Positions 38,972 to 49,500 of a stretch of 64,000 bases of DNA are shown here, in pieces. Source of the stretch: an uncultured Planctomycetia bacterium (GTDB taxonomy: Bacteria; Omnitrophota; Gorgyraeia; 1-14-0-20-64-10); contig CAZQXN010000003.1 in NCBI GenBank assembly GCA_964597545.1, forward strand, positions 691 to 64,690. Reading direction: 5' to 3'. The notes under the pieces are model-generated. The model saw only the letters and a list, made by a program, of their open reading frames with translations, was not told the DNA's origin and ran no database searches. Numbering within the stretch: the first letter of the stretch is position 1; every line of letters starts with the position of its first letter. Made by a program: the position numbers and the translations under genes.

Positions 38972-40429
38972 TTAAGTGGTGTCCGGTCGAAGCGTCGGAA
39001 AGAGTATGGCGTCGCGAATCGAGGTTTGTTGGGTCAAGAGCATCGTGAGCCGGTCCACGCCGATCCCCAGTCCCCCTGCAGGCGGCATGCCGTATTCCAG
39101 CGCTTCTAAGAAGTCCTCATCGATCCGCTGGGACTGTTCGCTGCCCAACCCCTGGCTGGATTCAAAGCGATGGCGCTGTTCTAAGGGATCATTCTGCTCG
39201 CTGTAAGCGTTGGCCACCTCTAGACCCCCAATGAACAGCTCAAACCGGTCTGCAATCTCCGGGTGCTTTGGTAAAGACTTTGCCAGCGGTGAGAAGGGGG
39301 CAAAGAACTCTGTGACAAAAACAGGTGACTTCTCATTTTGGCAGGTCACCTCATCCACCCAATCCATGATGAGATTGACCAGTTGGTTCTTTGGGATCTT
39401 TTCGACCGCTTCACCCTTAAGATGCCCCTTGGCCTTGAGCTTCTCGGCCATCTCCTCCAAGGAGTCCTCCGGCTTGATGCCGCACTTCTTCTGGGCGAGC
39501 TCGGCAAAGGAAACCCGCTTCCAGGGAGGGGTCAAATCCAGGGATTTATCTCCCCATTGAATCTGGAGTGTGCCCTTGAGCTCCTGCGTCAGGGCCGCAA
39601 TCATCTCTTCGGTGAGTGTCATCATCGAGGCACAGCTGCCGTAAGCCTCATACACCTCGAGCATGGTGAACTCCGGATTGTGCCGGGTGGAGAGCCCTTC
39701 GTTTCGGAAGCTTCGCCCCAACTCATAGACCTTGTCAAAACCCCCCACCAAGAGGCGCTTCAAGTACAGCTCCGGTGCTACGCGCAGGTACAGATCCATC
39801 CCCAGCGCCTGGTGATGCGTCTGAAAGGGCCGACCGGCGGCACCCCCGGGGATCGGCTGCATGATCGGAGTCTCCACCTCCATGAATCCCCGCCCGTCCA
39901 AGAAGCGCCGGACACCTGAGACAATCCGGCTTCGCATCGCAAAGGTTTCGGCAGCTTCGGGGTTGGCAATCAGATCCAGGTAGCGCTTCCGGTATTTGAG
40001 CTCCACATCTTTAAGACCATGCCATTTCTCCGGCAGGGGCCGCAGGCTCTTGGCCAGAAGGGACCAATGGCTGATCCTGAGTGTAGGCTCTCCGGTTTTT
40101 GTCTTAAAGCAGGTGCCGGTGAGGGCCACGATGTCGCCGAGGTCCAGTTCCTCGAGGCTGTCGTAGCGCTCCCCCAAGATCTCTTGAGAGAAGTAGAGCT
40201 GGATCCTTCCGCTCTGGTCCTTGAGATCCCCAAAGGTGGTCTTGCCGTGGGCCCTGAGGGCCGTCAACCGTCCGGCTGCACGAACCTGTTTTTCCTCGGA
40301 GAAGGCAGAGAGGATCTCTCCCACAGAACCGTCCCGTTCAAACGGAGTCAGGTAGGGGTCGAAGCCTCCCTGCTGTGCGACCTTCAATTTCGTAAGACGT
40401 TGTTTTATAAGCTGATCCAGTGTTTCCAT
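38972..40429 (-). CDS. lysS: lysine--tRNA ligase (class II)
   Basis: N-terminal OB fold plus class II catalytic motifs (FMEVETP, TMLEVYEAYG, GGLGIGVDRL). Confidence 0.9.
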   Translation of the reverse strand: METLDQLIKQRLTKLKVAQQGGFDPYLTPFERDGSVGEILSAFSEEKQVRAAGRLTALRAHGKTTFGDLKDQSGRIQLYFSQEILGERYDSLEELDLGDIVALTGTCFKTKTGEPTLRISHWSLLAKSLRPLPEKWHGLKDVELKYRKRYLDLIANPEAAETFAMRSRIVSGVRRFLDGRGFMEVETPIMQPIPGGAAGRPFQTHHQALGMDLYLRVAPELYLKRLLVGGFDKVYELGRSFRNEGLSTRHNPEFTMLEVYEAYGSCASMMTLTEEMIAALTQELKGTLQIQWGDKSLDLTPPWKRVSFAELAQKKCGIKPEDSLEEMAEKLKAKGHLKGEAVEKIPKNQLVNLIMDWVDEVTCQNEKSPVFVTEFFAPFSPLAKSLPKHPEIADRFELFIGGLEVANAYSEQNDPLEQRHRFESSQGLGSEQSQRIDEDFLEALEYGMPPAGGLGIGVDRLTMLLTQQTSIRDAILFPTLRPDTT

Positions 40430-40430
40430 C

Positions 40431-41930
40431 TCAGGAACGATTATATCGGCCTCGTCGACGGAAAGTCAATGCAGCCACCCCGAAAGCAAGTCCCACAAAC
40501 CAGTCCCCCCAGCGCAAATAGGGGCTCGGGAGTTTCGGGGTGTGCAGCAGCGCCTCTGCCGTCCCAGGCTTGAACCGAGGAATCTGATGGGGAGCCTTCA
40601 AGACCCGACCGGTGGGGTCAACAAACCCGGACCAGCCGGTATTTCCTGCGCGCACCACCCAGACCCGCCCCTCCACCGCGCGAAAAACAGAGGCCTGAAG
40701 ATGCTGCAGGGAGGCTGCCGTCTTCTCAAACCATGCATCGTTGGTAATGACAAAGAGAAACCTTGCCCCCTCCCTTACGAACCGCAGGCTCAATGCCGGA
40801 AATAGATCCTCAAAACAGATCAACACCCCAAAGGGGGTGACGGCACTGCCGGCGGGCGACTCAAAGACCGTGAAGCGCTCCCCGGGATTAAAACGGCCGA
40901 TGGGGTAGATGCGGTTGAGCCACCCCAAGAGCGGCTCTGCCGGAATGTATTCGCCGAAGGGAACCAAGTGAAGCTTGCTGTGCTTTTCAAGGATCTCCCC
41001 TGACGGCCCCAGCAAAACCGCGCTGTTGAACATCGGGTACGGCGCAAGGGGCGCCTCGGTGGGAATCCCCGCCAAAAGAAGGGTCCCGGTCTCTTGGCTG
41101 AGGCGCTTGAGACGCTGGGCGATCCCAGGATCATGCAGGAAACCAGGCACTGAGGTCTCCGGCCAAACGATCAAATCCGGCTTAGCTTTCGCTGCCTGAT
41201 CGGTTAAGGTTTCGTATCGGTTCCAGATCTTGGCGACGTAATCGCGGTCCCATTTCTCGGCTTGAGGGATATTTCCCTGGACCACGGCCACGCGGAATGC
41301 CTCCTCTCCTGGATCAGAAATCGCACGCTGGAATCGCGCAACCTGGGAAGCGCCGTAACCCAACGCCCCTGCCGCACAGAGGGCCGCCAAAATAAGCGGG
41401 ATGAACTTTCGCTTGCGCCAGGCGAGATACAGCGCCGCATTCACCAAAACAATCAGAAAAGAGACGCCGTAGACGCCTACAAGATCCGAGATTTGGATCA
41501 TCTCCAACCAGCGCCACTGGGTATGCCCCAACAGGTTCCAGCCAAAACCGCTGAAGAGATTGCCGCGCAGATATTCACTCACCGCCCAAGCCGATGGCGC
41601 GGCCACAAAAAAGGCCCACCCGCCCCGCTGCAGTGCCCCATGCATCAACACCACCCATAAGACCACCATGGTCGGCAGCACCGCGGCCAGGACAAGAAAT
41701 CCGGGAACCGCCAACACCACAAACCACGAAAGGGAACCTGCAAAGAAGAGCGCCCCGGCAAGATAGCCCCACAGGATCGCCTTCTCAAAGGAAAGCTGCT
41801 CGAGGATAGCGAGGAGCGGAAGAAAAGCCACCCAGGCCAGCCACCCCATATCAAACGGCGGATAGCAAAGGATGAGCAGGCCTGGTGTGGCCAGAGCAGC
41901 CAGCAGCTTCATGGAAAAAGCTGTGCGCAT
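40431..41930 (-). CDS. lnt: apolipoprotein N-acyltransferase
   Basis: N-terminal multi-TM region plus CN-hydrolase domain (VVQGNIPQAEKW, ICFEDLFP). Confidence 0.85.
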   Translation of the reverse strand: MRTAFSMKLLAALATPGLLILCYPPFDMGWLAWVAFLPLLAILEQLSFEKAILWGYLAGALFFAGSLSWFVVLAVPGFLVLAAVLPTMVVLWVVLMHGALQRGGWAFFVAAPSAWAVSEYLRGNLFSGFGWNLLGHTQWRWLEMIQISDLVGVYGVSFLIVLVNAALYLAWRKRKFIPLILAALCAAGALGYGASQVARFQRAISDPGEEAFRVAVVQGNIPQAEKWDRDYVAKIWNRYETLTDQAAKAKPDLIVWPETSVPGFLHDPGIAQRLKRLSQETGTLLLAGIPTEAPLAPYPMFNSAVLLGPSGEILEKHSKLHLVPFGEYIPAEPLLGWLNRIYPIGRFNPGERFTVFESPAGSAVTPFGVLICFEDLFPALSLRFVREGARFLFVITNDAWFEKTAASLQHLQASVFRAVEGRVWVVRAGNTGWSGFVDPTGRVLKAPHQIPRFKPGTAEALLHTPKLPSPYLRWGDWFVGLAFGVAALTFRRRGRYNRS

Positions 41931-41938
41931 ACATACAT

Positions 41939-41974
41939 CTGTACCGGGTACATCGTAGATGTACCCGGTACAGG
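41939..41974. repeat. GTAC-palindromic repeat family A, copy 1 (perfect 32-bp palindrome)
   Basis: GTACCGGGTACATCGTAGATGTACCCGGTAC between lnt and the Met-rich protein gene. Confidence 0.8.
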
Positions 41975-41982
41975 GTGCAGGA

Positions 41983-42381
41983 TCAGCGCTGTCCCCCGCC
42001 GGCCGACGGAAAACCGCTGGAGGTTACAATCTGCATGGCCTCCTCCTCAGAAAAGCCGCGCTCGATGAGGGCTGTATAGAGGTTTCGGCTGAAGCTGGCG
42101 AAATCATCGGCCACTTCCTGCTGAGCGAGGGCGTTGGCCATCCCGCGGATCATGACCTCCATCATCTGTCCCATCATCGGAATCATCATCGCCTGCATCA
42201 TCTGGCCGATCTCTTCGGGGGAGGGCTCCTCTTCGCCGCCCGGCCGCGCGGGTGCTGCCTGCCGGCTTCCCGGCTCCCATTGATCTGCGTCACCTTCCAC
42301 CGCAAAGGCCGCGCCCGAAGAAGCCACCAAGGCCGCAGCAAGCACTGCCGCTAACATCATCTGGAATCGCTTTGACATCAT
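41983..42381 (-). CDS. secreted Met-rich hypothetical protein (132 aa)
   Basis: GGAGAG RBS then MMSKRFQMMLAAVLAAALVASSGAAFA signal peptide. Met-rich segment MMQAMMIPMMGQMMEVM. The track ORF extends upstream through the repeat; start placed at the internal ATG. Confidence 0.55.
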   Translation of the reverse strand: MMSKRFQMMLAAVLAAALVASSGAAFAVEGDADQWEPGSRQAAPARPGGEEEPSPEEIGQMMQAMMIPMMGQMMEVMIRGMANALAQQEVADDFASFSRNLYTALIERGFSEEEAMQIVTSSGFPSAGGGQR

Positions 42382-42393
42382 TGCTCTCCTATT

Positions 42394-42477
42394 GGTTCGG
42401 TACCTGGTTCGGTACCTGGTTCGGTACCGGGTACATTGTACCCGGTACAATGTACCCGGTACCGGTTTTGGGTATGG
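42394..42477. repeat. GTAC-palindromic repeat family A, copy 2 (3x GGTTCGGTACCT tandem + 41-bp palindrome + GGTTTTGGGTATGG tail)
   Basis: GGTACCGGGTACATTGTACCCGGTACAATGTACCCGGTACCGGTTTTGGGTATGG abuts the secA stop codon. Confidence 0.8.
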
Positions 42478-42478
42478 A

Positions 42479-45346
42479 TTACGCACCGTGACACTTCTTG
42501 AATTTCTTTCCACTGCCGCAGGGGCAGGGGTCGTTGCGGCCCACCTTGGGCCCTTCCCTGCGCGCTGCTCCCGGAGGTGCGGCAGGGGACCTGGGCTGCG
42601 CCCCTCCCAGCGTTGAACTGATGGTGGGGGCTTGCGGGCTGCCGCTGGGCGGCGCAGCAGGTTCTCCTGCGCCAGGACCTTCGGTCGCGCTCGGAGCATC
42701 CGGGTGAATAAACTGCGTGGGAGCCATCACGCGACTCTGGCGCTCTTGGTGAGTCACCTGAATCCTGTAGAGCAGCTCCAACACCTGCGCCCGAACGGAT
42801 CCGACCATCTGGGTAAACATCTGATAAGCCTCGTGCTGATACTCCACCAGGGGATTCTGCTGGCCGTACACCCGGTAGCCGATCCCCTGTCTCAAGTGAT
42901 CCATGCTGAAGAGGTGATCCTTCCACTTGGAATCAATCACCCGCAGCATGACCCATCGTTCAAGCCGGCGCATCTCCTCAACCCCAAAGGTCTTCTCCCG
43001 TTCGGCATAGGTCTGGGAGGCCACAGTCTCAAGCCTCTCAACCAGCTCCCCGCGGCCCAAGGTCTCCAAACCGCTTACGACCACGCCGAACTGTCCCTGG
43101 AAAGCCTCGGCCATCTCTTTGAGGTTCCACTCCTCAGGCTCCTGGTGCTCTGGAGCGTAGAGATCGACGATCCCCTCAACCGCTTCATGGACTGACTTGA
43201 GGACCTCTGTTTTTAGATCGCCGCCCTCTAAAATCTCGCGCCGCTCCTTGTAGACCACCTCCCGCTGCCGGTTCATGACGTTGTCGTATTCCAACAACTG
43301 CTTGCGGATTTCAAAGTTGTGCATCTCCACCCGCTTCTGAGCGGTCTCTACGGCTCGAGTCAGCCATGGATGCTCAATCGCCTCCCCCGCCGGAATGGCT
43401 GCCTTGGTCCATTCCAAGAGGCGGTTCTCGCCAAAGAGCCGGATCAGCTCATCCTCCAGGGACAGATAAAAGCGGCTCGAACCCGGATCTCCCTGGCGCC
43501 CGGAGCGGCCTCGCAGCTGATTGTCGATCCGCCGGGACTCATGCCGCTCGGTACCTAAGACATGGAGGCCTCCCAGCTTCACCACCTTGTCATGCTCGCT
43601 CGAAGCCTGCTGCTGGAACTCACGCTCAATCTTGCCTCGCTCTTCCTCGGGCAAGGGGGCCTCGGGGTCGTCCCCTTGCCGGCGCTTACACTCCGCTTGA
43701 ATCAAGAAATCGGTGTTGCCGCCTAAGACAATGTCGGTTCCGCGGCCGGCCATGTTGGTGGCGATGGTCACCCCTTGGAAGCGACCGGCCTGAGCAACAA
43801 TCTGGGCTTCCATCTCGTGGTAGCGCGCATTGAGCACGGTGTGAGGAATCTGACGGGTCTTGAGCATCGCGCCCAACCGCTCTGATTTTTCAATCGAGAC
43901 CGTGCCCACCAGGACCGGGCGGCCGGCCTGGTGAAGCTCGGCAATCTCCTCCACCACCGCCTGGAATTTCTCCTCCTCGGTCTTAAGGATCACATCCGGA
44001 TGATTGGTGCGGGCGAGCGGCTGGTTGGTGGGGATGGAGGCCACATCCAACTTGTAGATCTCATGGAATTCCGCCGCCTCGGTGGAAGCGGTTCCGGTCA
44101 TCCCGGCCAACTTGTCGTACATCCGGAAGTAATTCTGGAAGGTGATCGTCGCCAAGGTCTGGTTCTCCCGCTCGATCTTGACCCCCTCCTTGGCTTCAAT
44201 CGCCTGGTGAAGTCCGTCGGACCAGCGCCTCCCGGGCATGAGCCGCCCGGTGAACTCATCGACGATCACCACCTGGTTGTCCTTGATCATGTAATCCACA
44301 TCCCGGCGATAGAGGGCATGGGCCCGGAGGCCCTGGTTGATGTGGTGAACCAGGGTGATGTGGGTATCGTCATAGAGGTTGTCCACCCCGAGGGCCTCCT
44401 CGGCCTTCTTAACCCCATCCTCGGTCAGCATCGCTGAGTGGGCCTTTTCATCCACCGTATAGTCGGCATCCCGTTTGAGTTTGGGGATCACTCGGTCGAT
44501 CTTGTAGTACAGCTCAGTGGATTCCTCGGCCGGCCCTGAGATGATGAGCGGGGTCCGGGCCTCGTCAACCAAGATGGAGTCGACCTCGTCGACAATGGCA
44601 TAGGAGAGCCGCCTTTGTACGCACTCGGCTGCTGAGATCGCCATGTTGTCCCTCAAGTAGTCAAAGCCAAATTCATTGTTGGTGCCGTACGTCACGTCAC
44701 AGGCGTAGGCAACCCGGCGCTCTCCGGGATCCATCCCGTGCTGGATGGTCCCGACGGTAAGTCCTAAGGTTTCATAGATCGGCCCCATCCAGTTGCGGTC
44801 TCGGCGAGCCAGGTAGTCGTTGACCGTGATCACATGCACCCCGCGTCCCAAGAGGGCATTCAGATAGACGGCCAAGGTGGCGACCAAGGTCTTGCCTTCA
44901 CCGGTGGCCATCTCGGCAATCATCCCCTGGTGGAGGACGAGCCCGCCGATCATCTGAACATCAAAGTGCCGCATCCCTGTTTTTCTGCGTCCGGTCTCGC
45001 GCACCAGGGCAAAGGCCTCGGGCAGAATCTCCTGCATGGCCTGCTCTTCGACCTTCAGGCGGCGCTTGCGCTCACGCTTTAGGAAATCTTCGTTCTCGAC
45101 CTCATCGGCTTCTTCGCCACGGCGAACCACCGGGACCGATCCATCCGGATTGAGGCCCCCTCCCAACGCTTCAATCCGTTCCTTGATCCGGGTTTTGAGT
45201 GCACGACTCTTCTCTGGAAGCTCACCGTCGGCAAGCTTCTGTATCTCGGGCTCAAAGGTCAGAATCTGCTCCACGGTGGGAGTAAGACGCTTGAGGAGCC
45301 GCGCATTCTGAGAGCCGACGATTTTTCTGAGAAACCAGGTGAACAT
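42479..45346 (-). CDS. secA: preprotein translocase ATPase SecA
   Basis: 955 aa. N-terminus [25 protein letters not shown]-like motifs, C-terminal zinc-binding [14 protein letters not shown]. Confidence 0.95.
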   Translation of the reverse strand: MFTWFLRKIVGSQNARLLKRLTPTVEQILTFEPEIQKLADGELPEKSRALKTRIKERIEALGGGLNPDGSVPVVRRGEEADEVENEDFLKRERKRRLKVEEQAMQEILPEAFALVRETGRRKTGMRHFDVQMIGGLVLHQGMIAEMATGEGKTLVATLAVYLNALLGRGVHVITVNDYLARRDRNWMGPIYETLGLTVGTIQHGMDPGERRVAYACDVTYGTNNEFGFDYLRDNMAISAAECVQRRLSYAIVDEVDSILVDEARTPLIISGPAEESTELYYKIDRVIPKLKRDADYTVDEKAHSAMLTEDGVKKAEEALGVDNLYDDTHITLVHHINQGLRAHALYRRDVDYMIKDNQVVIVDEFTGRLMPGRRWSDGLHQAIEAKEGVKIERENQTLATITFQNYFRMYDKLAGMTGTASTEAAEFHEIYKLDVASIPTNQPLARTNHPDVILKTEEEKFQAVVEEIAELHQAGRPVLVGTVSIEKSERLGAMLKTRQIPHTVLNARYHEMEAQIVAQAGRFQGVTIATNMAGRGTDIVLGGNTDFLIQAECKRRQGDDPEAPLPEEERGKIEREFQQQASSEHDKVVKLGGLHVLGTERHESRRIDNQLRGRSGRQGDPGSSRFYLSLEDELIRLFGENRLLEWTKAAIPAGEAIEHPWLTRAVETAQKRVEMHNFEIRKQLLEYDNVMNRQREVVYKERREILEGGDLKTEVLKSVHEAVEGIVDLYAPEHQEPEEWNLKEMAEAFQGQFGVVVSGLETLGRGELVERLETVASQTYAEREKTFGVEEMRRLERWVMLRVIDSKWKDHLFSMDHLRQGIGYRVYGQQNPLVEYQHEAYQMFTQMVGSVRAQVLELLYRIQVTHQERQSRVMAPTQFIHPDAPSATEGPGAGEPAAPPSGSPQAPTISSTLGGAQPRSPAAPPGAARREGPKVGRNDPCPCGSGKKFKKCHGA

Positions 45347-45351
45347 GGATC

Positions 45352-46468
45352 CTAAGCCTTTCCGGCTTTGCGCTGGGCTGACCAGCGCAAGGCTGCATCC
45401 AGGAAGAGGTCCAGCTCCTCACCGTCCAAGACCGCCTGGGTCTTTCCGGTCTCGGTGCCGGTGCGGTGGTCCTTCACCATCTGATAGGGCTGAAGCACAT
45501 AAGAGCGGATCTGACTGCCCCATTCAATCTTCTGTTTTTGGGCATGGGCCTGCGCCACTTTCTCATCGCGTTTTTTTCGCTCCAACTCATGCAAACGGGC
45601 CTTGAGCACCTTAAGGGCAGAGGCCTTGTTCTTGATCTGAGAACGCTCATTCTGGCACTGCACAACAATCCCGCTGGGCAAGTGGGTTACCCGTACCGCC
45701 GAATCGGTGGTGTTGACCCCCTGGCCCCCGGGCCCGCTGGCACGATAGACATCTACCCGGAGGTCCTTTTCCTGGATATCGATCTGGATCTCATCGGAGA
45801 TCTCCGGGATCACATCCACCGCCGCAAAGGAGGTGTGCCGCCTGCGGTTGGCGTCAAAGGGGGAAATCCTAACCAGCCGGTGCACCCCTGCCTCGCCCTT
45901 AAGCGAACCATAGGCGTAGTCGCCCCGGATGATTAGAGTGGCCGATTTGATTCCGGCCTCTTCGCCGGCCAAATAATCGATGACCTGTGGTGAGAAGGCC
46001 TTGGTCTCTGCCCAGCGGGAGTACATCCGAAACAGCATTGACACCCAGTCGCACGATTCGGTCCCCCCGGCGCCTGCGGCAATCGAGAGGATGGCTGGGT
46101 TCGGATCCATCTCATCCTGAAACAGGGTCCGATGTTCAAGCTGGCCGGCGGTCTTACCCAGGGCCTCCAGCGCCGCCTTCATCTCCGCCCTGGCTGCCGC
46201 ATCCTCCGGGTCGATCAAGGGGTTGAGCTCCTCCAAGGTTTGAAGCTCAGACCAGGCGGCGCGCCAGGGCTCGGCAACGGATTTAAGCCGTTTGAGCTCC
46301 TGGACGGTAACCTTGGCTTTATCTTGATCGTCCCAAAAACCTGGAGTGGCTAGCGATGCTTCAAGGGTTTGAATCCTGGACTCGGCTGAATCCAGGTCAA
46401 AGATACCCCCGAAGGTTTTGAAGGGTCTTTCGAAGGGCTGCGAGCTGCGCCGTAATCGATTCGAGCAT
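45352..46468 (-). CDS. prfB: peptide chain release factor 2 with programmed +1 ribosomal frameshift (shift site at 46397..46402)
   Basis: Frame 1: ATG at 46468 giving [23 protein letters not shown], then in-frame TGA inside CGG GGG TAT CTT TGA C. The +1 frame continues [10 protein letters not shown]...FWDDQDKA...SPF...GGQ. Confidence 0.9.
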
Positions 46469-46520
46469 AATGGATAATTATAGGGTGGGGATCTCTCGGA
46501 AGCAAGGGTGGAGGAACGTT

Positions 46521-46567
46521 CTTGGTACCGGGTACATATGTACCCGGTACCGGTTTTAGGTGTGGGG
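46521..46567. repeat. GTAC-palindromic repeat family A, copy 3 (28-bp perfect palindrome + tail)
   Basis: GGTACCGGGTACATATGTACCCGGTACC GGTTTTAGGTGTGGGG immediately followed by the stop codon of the 1466-aa gene. Confidence 0.85.
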
Positions 46568-49500
46568 TTACGCCAGCTCCTCTAACCAGCCAGCCAAGCG
46601 CTCGAGGTTAACTCGCTCGGCCACTGTTTTGGGAAGTAGACCGCTCATATTGGAGAGGAGCTTTTGAAGGACCTGCGCGAAGGCAGCCTGGCCTGCAACA
46701 TAGGTATCTGCAACTGTGACCAACGCTTTTTTGGCTTGGACCTTAAAACGCGCCGTCCACTCCTTGAAACCATAGACAAAGACAGTCCGGACACCTTGAC
46801 CAATGAGGCGCACAAGGGTCTGGTCGATATCGGGCTCGGCAACCATCACCCCTTCTTCAAGCCCCGCCAGCGCCTTTAAGCCCGGGTGCTGTCCCAAACC
46901 CGGCCCGATCAGATGAATCGCACCGGTATCTGCTCTGGGCAACTCTTGCAGTTCATCACGCACCCGCTCCTCCTGGCCGGCCTGCTCCGGCCCCAGCAAA
47001 TCATCAGCGGTAATCTCCGGGAAATGACGAACAACACTATAAGAAAGATCCATCGGCAGGGCTGCGGTATTCTCAACAAAGGCCATCTCCCCATTGGCCC
47101 TCACCACAAAGAAAGTCTCCGGCCCTGTCATCTCACTAAAGTCGCCATAGCCTCCCAGCGGAGTAGGAGTCCCGGCATCCTTTCTGACCATGAGGCCCGA
47201 TGCGTATCCCTCGGGTTGCTCGCTGTAGAGCTGGATGGTCTCTGTCTCCCCCTCCTGCAATACCCTCCTCAGCACAGTAATTCCTGCTCCATTGGAAAGG
47301 CGGCAATCCCTTCCGAGTGGATTCCTGACCCTTAAGTCATTTAATCCCATGACCTCTCGATACCGGCGGATCAGCGCCAAGAGCTGCTGCTCGTCATAGA
47401 GTCTGGCCAAAGGAATCCGTTGATCCGTGGCGGCCGCTGCAATCCTCATGCTGCCCTGTTGGCGAGCAAGCTCTAGAATGGTTCTGTCGGTGATGGTCTG
47501 AACAGTCAAATGCTGAACCGACAACACAGCCCCCAAGAAGGGAATGAGATTAAACAAAAAGACTTGCTGCGGCGTCACGATAGGGGGCTGAGGCGGAGCG
47601 TTCACATCCCAGTAGAGGTAACTGAGATCCCTAAACCGAAGCGAGGCCCTTTCCAACTGCAAGCTCAGTTTTTCCCCCGACCCAAAGAGAGTGCGGGCAA
47701 ACTGCTCAAATGGAGGTCGCTCTGTCCCTGCGGTCTTAAACCAGGTTACTGTGAGTTCTCGCGCAAAGAAATCAACGGCTGCAATTCGATCTTCAATCCT
47801 CTGCTCCTCCGGAGACAACGCCTGCTCCTCCAGACCGGTGCGATCGGCTGTAGCAACTTCTCCTCTCCCTGAATCCACCGAGGCATCTTCCCTTGGGAGA
47901 TCCGGCTCCGGCGCCTCATCGTCACTCCTGTCAAAATCAGAGGGGGGAGTCGTGGCGATGGCGGCAAGGGCGGTAAGAACAAACAGGGCGTTTGTCTGCT
48001 CTTCGGTTGCAAAGGGCACCTCTGGAGCTACAAACCGCGCCTCAACAAACGGATAAGCGGAGACTTGGGTTGGCATCTGATAAGATCGGTCTCCCCGGTT
48101 GAATCTGAGGTTAGCCGCCTCACCCGCAGGCATCGGTATCCCTCGAGTCACGAATTTGCTCATTGCCGTAGGGGTAAAAGTCTCGGGGACGCTAACGGCG
48201 AAAGCATCCTTTTCTGTGGCGTCGCCCTCTATTTGATAGCGGACCCACACAAAAATAAGCCCCCGAAGAGAAGTGTCGTCTCCCTGATACCTGTAAAAAA
48301 CGCGGCCCCCTTCCCGGGGAAAAGAAGAGGCGTGCAGCTCGCGCAACAATCTTGGCACCGGATCCGCCTCGTCTATACCGAAACCCAATCCGAGAGGGAT
48401 CGTCTCAAGGTCAAATTGGCCCTCTGTGATGGCCTTGCTCTGATCAATAACGCCATCGATCAACTCCTGGAAACGATCCTCTTCCACCGGCCCATGCAGT
48501 GAAAAATCAACGGCATTCTCCTCCAGCCCGGTCCCGTGCATTTTCAGATCGCTCGGCAAAACCAGTTCGACAAAGCGAACGTTCCAGTGTGATGCAACTA
48601 TTGGGAACCCGCTTTCCTCGCGCTGGTATGCCTCTAAAGTCGCATGCCTCCCACTCCCCCATGGCAGAACAAGGCGCCCACCTATGGCAAGCTGCCTACC
48701 CAGTGCATCCCGGGCTTCGAGATTGGGCGTAGCGGCAAAGGCAATGACAGCGTCAAAGAGCCCCTCATCCGGAAGGCCTAAGATTTCAGGGTCGCTTCGG
48801 CGGACCTCAACATTCCCGAAGTCTGCCAGTTTCCGAGCCGCATCCTGAGCGATCTCTGGATCCACTTCCAGGGCAATGACCCGGTTATCCCAATTTGGAC
48901 GCAAAAGTTCAAGATACCGGCTTAAGATGGCCGAAGAATAGCCGGGTCCTGCGCCAACCACCAAAATCCTTAAGGGTCTATCCTGGGCCAAGCTGCCGGT
49001 TCCCTCACCGTACAGTTGAGGCGGAACAGCTTGGTAAACCATCCAAGCAATCAGAGAGGGTAGGGTCACAGGTCCCTTGATGCCGTAATCGCTCCCGAAG
49101 GAATCGCGAAAGCTCTGTCCTGGGACAAAGTGTCCTCGGTCAACCTGCCGGAAAGCTTGCTCCAATGCTGGCGGCAATTCGGGTGCCCTGTCGCGCTTCA
49201 TCGCTCTCTGAAGGAGATCGATAAAGTGATCCTCTAGAGTCGGCCGCCCCTCCTCCAGGCCAGCTTTGGGCTCGGCTGAGGGACCGGAAGTGGTCGGACC
49301 AGCTTCGAAAAGGGGCGTTTCCCCCTCACGAAGCAGAAAATTCTTGATCTTTCGCTGTGCCAGCTCATTCTCGGCGGCGGCAGCTGATCCATCGTAGAGG
49401 ACAATCCCCTCAGGCCGAATGCCGACCCCGCTCACCTTAACCCACAAGAAACGGGAATTCCTGAAAGGTTTCCACTGATCATGCGCATTCATGATAACGC

